Notes under the pieces: model-generated
What the model was told of the DNA's origin: nothing
Seen by the model: only the letters and a program-made list of their open reading frames with translations
Database searches by the model: none
Assembly (NCBI GenBank): GCA_045222195.1
Contig: JBGUXN010000028.1
Coordinates: 41,045-105,044 of the forward strand
Length of the DNA: 64,000 bases
Origin: Bacilli bacterium
GTDB lineage: Bacteria > Bacillota_I > Bacilli_A > RFN20 > CAG-826
Reading direction: 5' to 3'
Shown here: positions 38,892 to 48,675 of the stretch, one piece after another
How the letters are laid out: each line of letters opens with the position of its first letter
How positions within the stretch are numbered: position 1 is the stretch's first letter
Made by a program: the position numbers and the translations under genes

Positions 38892-40419
38892 TTATTCCTC
38901 AACTTTTTCTTCTGCTGGGGCTTCTTCCACTGGGGCTTGTTGTTCTTCTTTGTTTTTCTTACCAAGTCTAACAAGAAGATTGACAATGATGCCGAGGATT
39001 AAAGCACAAGCAACTTCGGTAAGAGTGACTGTTCCTGCGATAGTGAGTGTTAAGCCACCGATACCTGCAATAAGTATAACACTAACAACGAAGAGATTTC
39101 TATTATCGCCTAAATCTGATCCTTGGATCATCTTTAAGCCGGAGACGGCGATGAAGCCGTATAACGCGATACACACACCACCCATGACACAGCTTGGAAT
39201 TGTGCTTAAGAAGGTGGAGAATGGAGCGACGAACGCTAAGACGATAGCCATGATAGCGGTCACAAAGATTGTTCTAATGGAAGCATTACCGGAAATAGCA
39301 ACTGTACCAACGGATTCACCATAAGTGGTATTTGGGCAGCCACCGAAGAAGGCACCAGCCATGGAACCAACACCATCACCAAGGAGTGTTCTATGTAAGC
39401 CTGGTTCTGTTAAGAGGTCTCTACCAATGATGGAACCTAAGTTCTTGTGGTCAGCAATGTGTTCCGCAAAGACAACGAAGGCAACTGGAACATAAGCAAC
39501 CGCAATTGTGCCAATATAAGCAAATAATTCACCAGCGTTAGCAAAATCGCCAAAGCCTTTGAATGCTTCAATGAATGTGAATTTTGGCAACCATTCCATT
39601 GTGGCGAATTTACCAAAGTTAATAACTTTTAATGCATCATTGCCTAAGGCATAGCCTAAACCTGTGAAGGCAGCGGCAACAGCATAACCCGCTAAGATAC
39701 CAATGATGAATGGAATCATCTTTAAGAACTTCTTAGCATAAACGGAAACTAAGATAGTTGTGAACAATGTGACTAAGCCACAGAGTAAAGCGATCCACAT
39801 ATTTGTGGCTAAGACGCTTTCTGCGACTTCGTATGTAGCATAGTAACCAGAACCATCGACTAATGGAGTTGGAGTACCAACAAGTGTTAAACCATCTAAG
39901 GATTCAACTACACCACTGACGGTGTTTGTGACATCGTGATAGAAGGAACCACTTAATAAATCACCAACAGCGTTACCGGCTAAAGATAAACCGATGATAG
40001 CAACTGTTGGGCCGATGACGACGGCTGGCATTAATTTATTGATCCAGTTTGTACCAGCGAATTTAACGACCAACGCGATGATGACGTAAACTAAACCAGC
40101 AAAGACAGCACCAAGGATAATACCTAAGTAACCAGCAGCGGCGCTAACGGCACCACCGAAGGCGGCAAACATGGAACCGATGAAGGCGAATGAGCTGCCT
40201 AAGAAAACTGGGCTTTTAAATTTTGTGAAAAGTAAATAAACGAGTGTACCAACACCAGCACCAAATAAGGCTGCAGCTGGGCTCATACCATGACCAATAA
40301 TTGCTGGGACAGCGATGGTCGCGGCGAGGATGGCCAATAATTGTTGTAAAGCAAAGACGATCGTTTTACCCCAACCTGGCTTGTCTTCTACATTGTAGAC
40401 TAGATTGACTTGCGACATA
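38892..40419 (-). CDS. pyrP: uracil/xanthine permease (NCS2 family) with charged C-terminal tail
   Basis: NCS2 core; real start ATG 40417-40419 (MSQVNLVY...) with AAAGGAGA RBS; the track start is an upstream TTG. Confidence 0.85.
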
Positions 40420-40437
40420 ATGTTTCTCCTTTCGCGC

Positions 40438-40466
40438 AAAAAAAATGACCCGACAATAAGGGGTCA
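40438..40466 (-). terminator. leader terminator/attenuator immediately upstream of pyrP RBS (GACCC-cuuauuguc-GGGUC + AUUUUUUUU)
   Basis: Hairpin + U8 ends 10 nt before the RBS; an upstream 7-bp stem CCUUUGC...GCAAAGG (plus ~40568-40611) and a GGGGGA segment able to pair with the terminator 5' arm. Confidence 0.4.
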
Positions 40467-40756
40467 AATCAACAAATACGAATAGCGACAGAGAGACTAT
40501 CGAGAGGGAAGAATCCCCCTAAAGCGGTAGGAATCTTAACTCTTCTAATGCGTTTCTCCATGGCAATCCTTTGCCTAAAAGACTATCAAATGAGTGCGCA
40601 TAATGCAAAGGGTTTTTTAACAAATTTTCAGAAGATGTTATTTATTGTGTAAAATGTCACAGTGATATGTTTTTCACTGTCTAAATTTCCTATTTGTTTC
40701 ATTGAGAATAAGCGTTATATGTAGTAAAATTAATTGTTGCTCTTGAGGTACATATT

Positions 40757-41308
40757 ATGACTAAAAAAGAAGAAGTTATTTCCCTTGCGGATCGCTATAT
40801 TCGTGATGTGCCAGGATTCCCAAAACCAGGTATCATCTTTAAAGACATCACTCCAGTATTTGAAAATCCAGAATACTGTGAAAAGACAATTGAAGTGATG
40901 GTTGATGAAATTAAGGAAAACGTTCCTGAATTTGATAAGATTATTTGCCCAGAAGCAAGAGGCTTCTTGTTTGGTGTCCCAATTGGTTTGCAAATTCAAA
41001 AACCAGTTATTTTAGCTAGAAAACCAGGCAAGTTACCACTTCCAGGTTTAAGAATTGATTACGCTTTAGAATATGGCACAGAATCCTTAGAAATTAGCAA
41101 AGGCGCTTTAAATCCAGGTGAAAAGATTCTTATCGTTGATGATTTATTAGCGACAGGCGGTTCCGCGAAAGCGTTAAGCGCACTTGTTGAAAAGAGTGGC
41201 GCTCAAGTGGCCGGTATCATCTTCTACATTGAATTAACACCATTAAAAGGCAGAGACTTATTAAAAGACTATAAAGTTCTCTCAATTGTCCCTGTAGAAG
41301 CTTACTAA
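40757..41308 (+). CDS. apt: adenine phosphoribosyltransferase
   Basis: 183 aa; APRT N-terminus ...RDVPGFPKPGIIFKDITPVF..., PRT motif ILIVDDLLATGGS; own promoter TTGAGA-17-TAAAAT. Confidence 0.9.
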   Translation: MTKKEEVISLADRYIRDVPGFPKPGIIFKDITPVFENPEYCEKTIEVMVDEIKENVPEFDKIICPEARGFLFGVPIGLQIQKPVILARKPGKLPLPGLRIDYALEYGTESLEISKGALNPGEKILIVDDLLATGGSAKALSALVEKSGAQVAGIIFYIELTPLKGRDLLKDYKVLSIVPVEAY

Positions 41309-42288
41309 CGATCTTCTCTAAAGTACGATAGACCAAGCCCTGCTGGTGCTTGGTTTTCTTTTTTATTGAAAATACTAGTTAAAATTAAAATCACAACAGT
41401 AGCGAAATATGGAATTAATTCAATAATCTTTTTGTCTGGTCCTGAAACGGATAAATATTTCGGAAGAATGTATAAGAAGGCAAAGAAGAAGGAACCCGCC
41501 ATACCGATATCAGTTCTCCACATCGCAAAGATAACAAGGGAGACCGCTAACCAGCCATAGGAATCGACAACGAATTCAAAGGCACCACCGCACCAGTCAA
41601 ATAAGTAGAACAAACCACCTAAGCCAGAAATAGCACAGCCAATAATCGTGGCTAAATAACGATATCTATCAACATTGATACCAGCAGCGTCAGCAGCGGA
41701 TGGGTTTTCGCCAACGGTTCTTAAGAATAAGCCCACACGTGTGCTCTTCATGATAATAGCGATCGCTAACGCCATTAAAATAGCGATATATACCAAGAAG
41801 CCATGTGAGAAGAACAATTGAGTAAACCAATTTGCGTTACCAAATGATTCTGGGAATAAATGGCCAAAGTAATTACGGGCAATAGTCGAGAAGCCATCAA
41901 TGATGACATAATCTAAAGAGTTCTTCAAAGAAGAAATCACAAATGGATATAAGCCAACACCAAGAGTGGTAATAACTAAACCGGTAACGTTTTGATTACA
42001 GTGCAATGTCACGGTTAAGAATGAGAATAAAGCACCTGTAAGACCAGCGAAGAGGATACAGAATAATAAAGGTATTATTACAGACAAGAATGGATTAGCG
42101 TGCGCTGCACCACCGATGGCGTTTAAATAGATGAATCCACCAATTGCACCACCCATCGCGCCCATACACATAACACCAGGTGTACCTAAGTTAAGATGAC
42201 CTGATTTTTCGGTTACTGTTTCACCAGCGGAACCAAACAAAAGGATGGTGGCAAAACGAATAGAATCAATAATAATCTTTAGAAACAT
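41305..42288 (-). CDS. nucleoside (BMP-family) ABC transporter permease, NupQ-like
   Basis: 327 aa polytopic permease of the branched/ribose-type family, last gene of bmpA-ATPase-permease-permease operon. Confidence 0.8.
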   Translation of the reverse strand: MFLKIIIDSIRFATILLFGSAGETVTEKSGHLNLGTPGVMCMGAMGGAIGGFIYLNAIGGAAHANPFLSVIIPLLFCILFAGLTGALFSFLTVTLHCNQNVTGLVITTLGVGLYPFVISSLKNSLDYVIIDGFSTIARNYFGHLFPESFGNANWFTQLFFSHGFLVYIAILMALAIAIIMKSTRVGLFLRTVGENPSAADAAGINVDRYRYLATIIGCAISGLGGLFYLFDWCGGAFEFVVDSYGWLAVSLVIFAMWRTDIGMAGSFFFAFLYILPKYLSVSGPDKKIIELIPYFATVVILILTSIFNKKENQAPAGLGLSYFREDR

Positions 42289-42289
42289 A

Positions 42290-43483
42290 CTATTGCTCTG
42301 CCTCCTTTAATTTCGGTTCTTGTGGGGGATTTGGTGGCGGTAATTCACTCATATCCCCATCATTTTTATTGTTTTTATGTTTGAAATTGAAACGCACTTT
42401 GAAGTTAACAAAGAATTCGCTAGTCAAAATCAACATGAAGAATAAACCAGAAAGAACACTGGCGACTTCACCACTATAACCTAAGTTACCAGCGGCACTG
42501 CTGCTACCAGTTGTCACGAACGCACACAAGAAGGCATATAAAGCCATTTCTAATGGATTGAAGTGACCTAGCCAGCTAATCATGACCGCAGTAAAGCCAC
42601 GCCCACCTGCGGAGGTATCACTAACGGTATGTGAAGCACCCGCTACAATTAAGAATCCAGCGATCCCGCATAGGGCACCCGCCATGATAAGTGTACGCAT
42701 GATAACATACTTAACGTTGATTCCGACGTATTCAGCGGTTCTCACACTTCCGTTAAGAACAGCGATTTCATAACCTCGCTTGCTATATTTAAGGAAGAAC
42801 CAGATACCAACAACGATTAAAATGATGACAACAATGTTGATAATATACTTATAACCAAAAATCTCTGGGATCCATCCAGCATGGGTATCGGCGTTTAAAA
42901 CACCGAGAGCGGTACTACCAGTTGCTTTGAATTTCAAAGAAAACGCGGCAATAAAGCCCATAGCGATGTAATTCATCATTAATGTGAATAATGTTTCATT
43001 CGTATTGAAAATGGCCTTAAAAACGGCGGGAATGAAGGCCCAGATAGCGCCGAACACTATCGCAGCGATAAGCATGAGTAATAAAGCGATGACATTTGGT
43101 AAATATGGAGCGATAAATTTCATGACGATAGCCGCACCAAAGCAGCCCATTAAAACTTGCCCTTCAGCACCGATATTCCAGAACTTCATTTTGAATGCTG
43201 GTGTAATAGCCGCGGCAATTAAAAGTAATAATGCCGCATTCCATAATGTCGCTAACGTGGTATTCAGAGAATAGAAAGTACCTTGGAATGCATATTCATA
43301 GAATTTAAAGAAGCTACCTGGAGCAAAGATACTAGAAATAAGGCCACACAAGATTAAAGCGATAAGGATAGAGATGCCTTTAACAAGGGCCGTCTTCCAA
43401 CCAGTAATATCGTTTCTACGGGAGATGTGAATTAATGGTTCTCTTTTAATGCCACTACTATTGTTCATTAACGACACCTCCAT
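42290..43483 (-). CDS. nucleoside ABC transporter permease, NupP-like
   Basis: 397 aa polytopic permease; 1-nt gap to next gene. Confidence 0.8.
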   Translation of the reverse strand: MEVSLMNNSSGIKREPLIHISRRNDITGWKTALVKGISILIALILCGLISSIFAPGSFFKFYEYAFQGTFYSLNTTLATLWNAALLLLIAAAITPAFKMKFWNIGAEGQVLMGCFGAAIVMKFIAPYLPNVIALLLMLIAAIVFGAIWAFIPAVFKAIFNTNETLFTLMMNYIAMGFIAAFSLKFKATGSTALGVLNADTHAGWIPEIFGYKYIINIVVIILIVVGIWFFLKYSKRGYEIAVLNGSVRTAEYVGINVKYVIMRTLIMAGALCGIAGFLIVAGASHTVSDTSAGGRGFTAVMISWLGHFNPLEMALYAFLCAFVTTGSSSAAGNLGYSGEVASVLSGLFFMLILTSEFFVNFKVRFNFKHKNNKNDGDMSELPPPNPPQEPKLKEAEQ

Positions 43484-45224
43484 TATCTTGTTTCTTGGTC
43501 ATGAGAAGACCAACTTCTTTTTTATTTGTTTCAGAGCATTTCAAAATGCCTGCCACTTCACCATCACGCATGACCATGACACGATCGCATAATGCAAGAA
43601 TAACGTCTAAATCTTCGCCAACATAAATAACGGCTGTTCCAGCGTCTTTTTGTTTGTTGATAAGTTCATATATTAAATATGAAGAGTTAATATCTAAACC
43701 TCTAACTGGATAAGCCACCATTAAGACTTTTGGATTAGAGGAGATTTCTCTACCCACTAAGACCTTTTGAATATTACCACCAGATAACTTTTTCACAGAT
43801 GTATGTAAGTTTGGTGTTTTAATTTCTAATTCATTAACGAGGAATTCGGCTAATTGTTGAGGCTTTTCTCTATGTAATATTCCGCCTTTACCTTTTCTAA
43901 AGCTTCTCAGCATCATGTTATCCACTAAGTCCATGTTACCAACAAGACCCATACCTAATCTATCTTCTGGAACAAATGATAATTTGACACCTAAATCACG
44001 AATTTCAATTGGTTTTAAGCCTTTTAATTCCATGATTTCGTCTTTATAGAAGATGATTTGTTGGTTATTAACCATCTCAGTGACTTGTTTGTTGTTATAT
44101 GGCGTTAAATCAAGAGGACCAAATTGACCAGATAAATGCACTTTGCCTTCCGCGGCTAATTGACGGATTTGTTTAATATTTTTGTGGTAGAAAGTAACTG
44201 GTTTTTCTTCTTTTGGGTTATGGAAGATAAGGTTACCGTCGGTGTTTTTGTTTAAACCAGCGATAGTTTCAAGTAGTTCTCTTTGACCACTACCAGAAAT
44301 ACCCGCTACACCAAGAATTTCGCTACCATATACCTCAAAATTGATGTCTTTTAAGATTTCTCTACCGTTAACATTCTTCAAATTTAAGTGTTTAACTTCT
44401 AAACGAACACCAGTATTTGGTATTTCATCTCTACGAATATTAAGATCGATTTTATGACCCACCATCATTTCCGTTAAGATTTCTTCGTTAGCGTCTTTAG
44501 TCATAATGTCGCCAGCAACTTCACCTTTGCAAAGAACAGCGACGCGATCGCTAATCTCTAAAACTTCGTTTAACTTGTGGGTAATGATAATGATGGATTT
44601 ACCCGCTTGTTTCATATTTCTTAAGATAGCAAAGAGTTTTTCTGCTTCTTGCGGAGTTAAAACAGCGGTTGGTTCATCTAAGATTAAAATATCAACGCCT
44701 CTGAAGAGTGCTTTAACAATTTCTAAAGTCTGCTTTTCACTAACAGACATAGCGTAGACTTTTTTCCAAGGGTTTATTTCAAAACCAAACTGTTCGCATA
44801 TCTTTTTCATACGTTCAGCGTTTGACTTTAAATTAAATCCTTTGTAAGTGTATTCAATTCCTTCGTGTTTAGCGATTTCTTGGAAATCTTTTTTAGTTAA
44901 GCCCACCACTAGGTTTTCAACCGCAGAAAAGACATCCACTAATTTGAAGTGTTGGTGAACCATACCGATGTGGTATTTATAGGCATCTGCTGGTGATTTA
45001 ATTAAAACTTTTTCGCCGTTACAGAAAATATCGCCTTCGTCTGGATAGTAAATACCAGACAAAACGTTCATTAATGAAGTCTTACCGCTACCATTTTCAC
45101 CAAGAAGGGACAAGATTTCACCACGATATAGTTTGAGATCGACGTTGTGATTAGCAACAACACTACCAAAAGTTTTGGTAATGCCTTTTAATTCAATAGC
45201 TAAATCTTTTTCCATGATTGACAA
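43458..45224 (-). CDS. nucleoside ABC transporter ATP-binding protein (tandem ABC domains)
   Basis: 588 aa; two Walker A sites (GENGSGKTS; GISGSGQRE) and two signature motifs. Confidence 0.85.
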   Translation of the reverse strand: MSIMEKDLAIELKGITKTFGSVVANHNVDLKLYRGEILSLLGENGSGKTSLMNVLSGIYYPDEGDIFCNGEKVLIKSPADAYKYHIGMVHQHFKLVDVFSAVENLVVGLTKKDFQEIAKHEGIEYTYKGFNLKSNAERMKKICEQFGFEINPWKKVYAMSVSEKQTLEIVKALFRGVDILILDEPTAVLTPQEAEKLFAILRNMKQAGKSIIIITHKLNEVLEISDRVAVLCKGEVAGDIMTKDANEEILTEMMVGHKIDLNIRRDEIPNTGVRLEVKHLNLKNVNGREILKDINFEVYGSEILGVAGISGSGQRELLETIAGLNKNTDGNLIFHNPKEEKPVTFYHKNIKQIRQLAAEGKVHLSGQFGPLDLTPYNNKQVTEMVNNQQIIFYKDEIMELKGLKPIEIRDLGVKLSFVPEDRLGMGLVGNMDLVDNMMLRSFRKGKGGILHREKPQQLAEFLVNELEIKTPNLHTSVKKLSGGNIQKVLVGREISSNPKVLMVAYPVRGLDINSSYLIYELINKQKDAGTAVIYVGEDLDVILALCDRVMVMRDGEVAGILKCSETNKKEVGLLMTKKQDNGGVVNEQ

Positions 45225-45279
45225 GTAAAAGTTTAGCGGAGCGCAAAGGCCCCGCTAAACTATCGGTTAATTTTATTAA

Positions 45280-46497
45280 TTAGGCAGCTGGAGTAACGTG
45301 ACCGACATCGTTGATACCATCGATGAGGACATCGAAGCTTGGAGCAGAACGATATTCGGATTCATGGTAATAACCATCTTTGACAAATTGTGTGCCAGCT
45401 GGATAGTCATATGTCCATTGTTTGCTTGGAGCCATATTTTCTTCGCTTGGAGCAGCACCATTAACGGTGAACTTGCTGCAATCAAAGACATGTAATGATT
45501 TGTTTTCTAATTTGGCTTTGACTTCGTCGATCTTGGCTTGTGTGCCTTCGGCAACGTTTTTGCCTAATTCGGAAAGTTCAACAGCACCTTCTTTGAAACC
45601 ACCGGCCCAGTCAGCTGGGATATCGGCTAATTCTGGAGATTCAACAGCTTTAACAGCGTTGACGACTAATTCATAATATGGGGACCAGTTAATTCTGGAG
45701 GAGATTAAGAATGTTTCTGGAGCAACACCGGCTGTAGAACCATTGTAAGAAACGTTTGGAACACCAGCTTTTTCACAAGCGGATGGAGCACCATAGGAGT
45801 CAGCGTGTTGGCTGAGTAAAACGCAACCACCTTCGATTAAAGCGTTGGCAGCTGTTCTTTCGGCTGTTTCATCATACCAAGAGTCTGTATATTTAACATC
45901 CATTGTGACATCGTTAACGATGCTCTTAACGCCTAAATACCAAGCGGTATAACCGGACATAACTTCGGCGTATGGGTGAGCGGCAACGTAACCAACTTTG
46001 TGGGCTGTTTCTGGTTTAGCAGCAATCATTTCTTGTAATTTTAAACCAGCAACGACACCGGCGAGGTAACGGCCTTCATAAATTTGAGCGAAAGCATTGT
46101 GATAATTTTTCAAGTTTGTGGCAGCAGCTTTTGTACCTGTCGCGTGGCAGAATTGCACCTTTGGATACTTTTTAGCGGCTTCAATCATGTAATCTTCGTG
46201 GCCAAAGCTATCAGCAAAGACGACTTTACAGCCAGTTTCTGCTAAGTTTTCGGCGACTTGTTGACATTCTTCACCTTCTGGAACGTTTTCACGGATGATT
46301 GGATCAAAACCTAATTTTTTAGCGCTGGCTTTGAACGCTTCGACAAAGTTTTTGTCGTATGTTGATGATGCAGCTGGATGTAAGCAAATTAATCCAACTT
46401 TCATTCCGCTACCACTATTACCACAGGCAGCGAGAGATGCTGTGGCGGCCACCATTAAACCACCAAGAGCTACGATTTTGAGAACATTGTTTTTCAT
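45280..46497 (-). CDS. BMP-family (PnrA-like) purine-nucleoside-binding lipoprotein
   Basis: Lipobox LAACG; BMP/Med/PnrA fold. Start ATG 46495-46497 preferred; the alternative is TTG at 46524 in the track. Confidence 0.85.
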   Translation of the reverse strand: MKNNVLKIVALGGLMVAATASLAACGNSGSGMKVGLICLHPAASSTYDKNFVEAFKASAKKLGFDPIIRENVPEGEECQQVAENLAETGCKVVFADSFGHEDYMIEAAKKYPKVQFCHATGTKAAATNLKNYHNAFAQIYEGRYLAGVVAGLKLQEMIAAKPETAHKVGYVAAHPYAEVMSGYTAWYLGVKSIVNDVTMDVKYTDSWYDETAERTAANALIEGGCVLLSQHADSYGAPSACEKAGVPNVSYNGSTAGVAPETFLISSRINWSPYYELVVNAVKAVESPELADIPADWAGGFKEGAVELSELGKNVAEGTQAKIDEVKAKLENKSLHVFDCSKFTVNGAAPSEENMAPSKQWTYDYPAGTQFVKDGYYHESEYRSAPSFDVLIDGINDVGHVTPAA

Positions 46498-46523
46498 TTT
46501 CCTTTTCTTTACTCCTTTAAACA

Positions 46524-46626
46524 AAAAACAGCTCCACTAATCGGAGCCTCTACCAACAAGAAAACTTTTTAATAATTAAAAAAGTAATTCGTAGTGCTAG
46601 ATTATACGGTCTAGCGTAGAGACTCC
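46524..46626 (-). promoter_or_regulatory. candidate transcription attenuator in the BMP-operon leader (mutually exclusive antiterminator/terminator)
   Basis: Terminator GGCUCC-gauuagu-GGAGCU + GUUUUUUGUUU (plus ~46524-46553) ~25 nt before the start. Its 5' arm GUAGAGGCUCC can instead pair over 11 bp with upstream GGAGUCUCUAC (plus ~46616-46626). An intervening 6-bp hairpin GCUAGA...UCUAGC lies between them. Confidence 0.4.
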
Positions 46627-46774
46627 CCACCAATTAGGGAATTATACGAATGTCAACTTCTATTCATTGACATATTTAGTCTATACTACGAAACCTATTA
46701 TTTAAAGGTTTTTTATATAAAAAAGTTGTTTTTTTGCAAATATCCTCGCGGGTATTTTTATTAAAGAAGAAACA

Positions 46775-46804
46775 CGCGAGAGAAAGGCAAAATAAAAGCC
46801 TCAG
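46775..46804 (-). terminator. intrinsic terminator ending the guaA-hpt-xpt-membrane operon (GCCUC-gcu-GAGGC + UUUUAUUUU)
   Basis: ~30 nt after stop of 46833-47513 gene. Confidence 0.45.
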
Positions 46805-46832
46805 CGAGGCCATTATTTGAGAAATATTTTAA

Positions 46833-47513
46833 TTATTCTTCATCTTTTTCCTCTTTTGGAGCGGCAATAATTGCGGTCAAATGAACGATGCATCTAACTA
46901 GAAGAGCACCAATACTGTTGGTAAGAATGACAATTAATAAATTCCAGAGCATATCTAGGTTCCAATTGAACGCCATACCGAAGTAGAACATATTAGCGAT
47001 ACAGTGTTGGAAACCACAGTATACAAATAATGTCACCGCGACGATAATTCCAATAATTTTCATGCCCCAATTTTGGAGATTTTTGAAGAAATAGACGGCT
47101 ATATACACTAATGCACCGCAGAAAATACCTTGGAGGAACACTGTGTTAGATGCGGTTTTGCCAACCGAAATAGCTTCGATACGTGTGGCAACTTCTGGAA
47201 CGTTTTTGAAAATTAAATAGCAAAGAACGCCTAAACCAAATGCACCAATCGCATTACCCACTAGCATAATAGGTAGAGCAATCGCGTTTTCAGCGATTTT
47301 TTCACGGTTATCAAAAACAACACCAATTTTACCTGTGTATAATTGAAGGCCTAAAACACAAACTAAAATCAAACCAATTGAAAATAAAGCGGACGCAAAA
47401 ATGAGTCCGCCTCTATCGGTAAGATAAGCGCTTACTACGGTGTACGCTAAAGAGCCTAAGCCAATGGCTAAGCCAGCAAATATACCAAAAAGAAGCACCT
47501 TTAAATATTTCAT
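46833..47513 (-). CDS. small polytopic membrane protein (6 TM) of unknown family in the xpt operon; candidate purine transporter
   Basis: 226 aa hydrophobic protein occupying the position usually held by pbuX after xpt; 2-nt gap to xpt. Confidence 0.5.
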   Translation of the reverse strand: MKYLKVLLFGIFAGLAIGLGSLAYTVVSAYLTDRGGLIFASALFSIGLILVCVLGLQLYTGKIGVVFDNREKIAENAIALPIMLVGNAIGAFGLGVLCYLIFKNVPEVATRIEAISVGKTASNTVFLQGIFCGALVYIAVYFFKNLQNWGMKIIGIIVAVTLFVYCGFQHCIANMFYFGMAFNWNLDMLWNLLIVILTNSIGALLVRCIVHLTAIIAAPKEEKDEE

Positions 47514-47515
47514 AT

Positions 47516-48088
47516 TTAAAATACTGGTTTATTATCAACGAATGCTTTGACGTTTGCGCCGCTATAAACCTTAAGACCCAATTCTTCGAGTCTCTTTCTT
47601 CCAGGTTGAAAACCCTTTTCAATAGCGACAGCAACACCCACTACTTTCGCACCAGCTTGATTGCAGAGATCAATTAAGCCTAAAGATGCATTACCTTCCG
47701 CTAAAAAGTCATCAACAATCAATACCGTGTCGCCTGGATTTAAGTATCTATGGGCTACTGTAACTGTGGAAACCGTATTACGGGTGAACGATTTAATGTC
47801 TGCTTTATAAACATCATTTTCATCAACAGTGATTGATTTTCTTTTCTTGCCAAAGACTAATGGAAGATTGCCCATTTCTTCAGCGACCGCATACGCAAAA
47901 GCGATGCCGCTTGTTTCGATTGTTAAGATTTTATTTACACCAAGATCTTTGAATTCTTGATTGATTTCTTTGGCTAAGTCTCTCACTAAAGAAACATCAA
48001 TTTGGTGGTTGATGAATGAATCAACTTTGAGGATATCGTTATTTATAATAACGCCATCTTCGAGAATTCTATCTTCTAATATTTTCAT
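47516..48088 (-). CDS. xpt: xanthine phosphoribosyltransferase
   Basis: 190 aa; Xpt N-terminus MKILEDRILEDGVIINNDILKVDSFINHQIDV...; PRT loop VLIVDDFLAEGNA. Confidence 0.85.
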   Translation of the reverse strand: MKILEDRILEDGVIINNDILKVDSFINHQIDVSLVRDLAKEINQEFKDLGVNKILTIETSGIAFAYAVAEEMGNLPLVFGKKRKSITVDENDVYKADIKSFTRNTVSTVTVAHRYLNPGDTVLIVDDFLAEGNASLGLIDLCNQAGAKVVGVAVAIEKGFQPGRKRLEELGLKVYSGANVKAFVDNKPVF

Positions 48089-48675
48089 TATTTTTGAATC
48101 TCCTCATTCCATCTGTCGATATCTTCTGGGGTAGCGATATAAACATAAGGAACGTTTCTTTCTAATTCGTTATAGTCAAGACCATAACCAACTAAGAAGC
48201 AATTTTCTTTAAGAACTTTACCGACATAGTCAATTTTAATATCTTCACATCTCGCATATTCTTTATCAAATAAGCAGCAGATGATGATTCTCTTTGGTTG
48301 ATAGTGTTCATTTAAGTGATCGATAAGGTATTTCATTGAGATGCCTGTATCAACAACGTCTTCCACTACGACGACTGTGCGGTCTTTAATATCCATATCG
48401 AAATCTTTTTTTAGATTGATACGGCCTGTGGTTTGTACACCAGCATAAGAAGAGATTTGAATGAAGTCAGTGAAAATTGGTCTATCGATACGTTTGATTA
48501 AGTCAAACATAAAGTTTAAGGCACCTTTCATAACGCCTAAAAACAATGGGGTTTTTTCTTCGTTTTCTAATTCTTTGGATAATTTGGCCCCAAAGTCATT
48601 ACAAATGTTTTGAATTTCCTGTTCAGATAAAACAATTTCACGATTCTCACGCATAAGTTTTTCTCCTATTCCCAC
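48088..48675 (-). CDS. hpt: hypoxanthine-guanine phosphoribosyltransferase
   Basis: 195 aa; PRT loop VVVVEDVVDTGISM. Confidence 0.85.
   Translation of the reverse strand: MGIGEKLMRENREIVLSEQEIQNICNDFGAKLSKELENEEKTPLFLGVMKGALNFMFDLIKRIDRPIFTDFIQISSYAGVQTTGRINLKKDFDMDIKDRTVVVVEDVVDTGISMKYLIDHLNEHYQPKRIIICCLFDKEYARCEDIKIDYVGKVLKENCFLVGYGLDYNELERNVPYVYIATPEDIDRWNEEIQK

Noticed and set aside
40480-40620. Purine riboswitch or PyrR element on the plus strand upstream of apt
   Set aside because: Fragments resemble purine-riboswitch pieces (GUUUCU...GACUAU) and a PyrR-like GACAGAGAGACU. But they lie upstream of apt's own promoter and the key conserved loops (GGAUAUGG, ACCGUAAAU) are missing. More likely the complementary strand of the pyrP leader.
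45276-45676. Small ORFs (45276-45491 minus, 45298-45495 and 45422-45676 plus) inside the BMP lipoprotein gene
   Set aside because: Alternate-frame or antisense artefacts within a strongly supported CDS.
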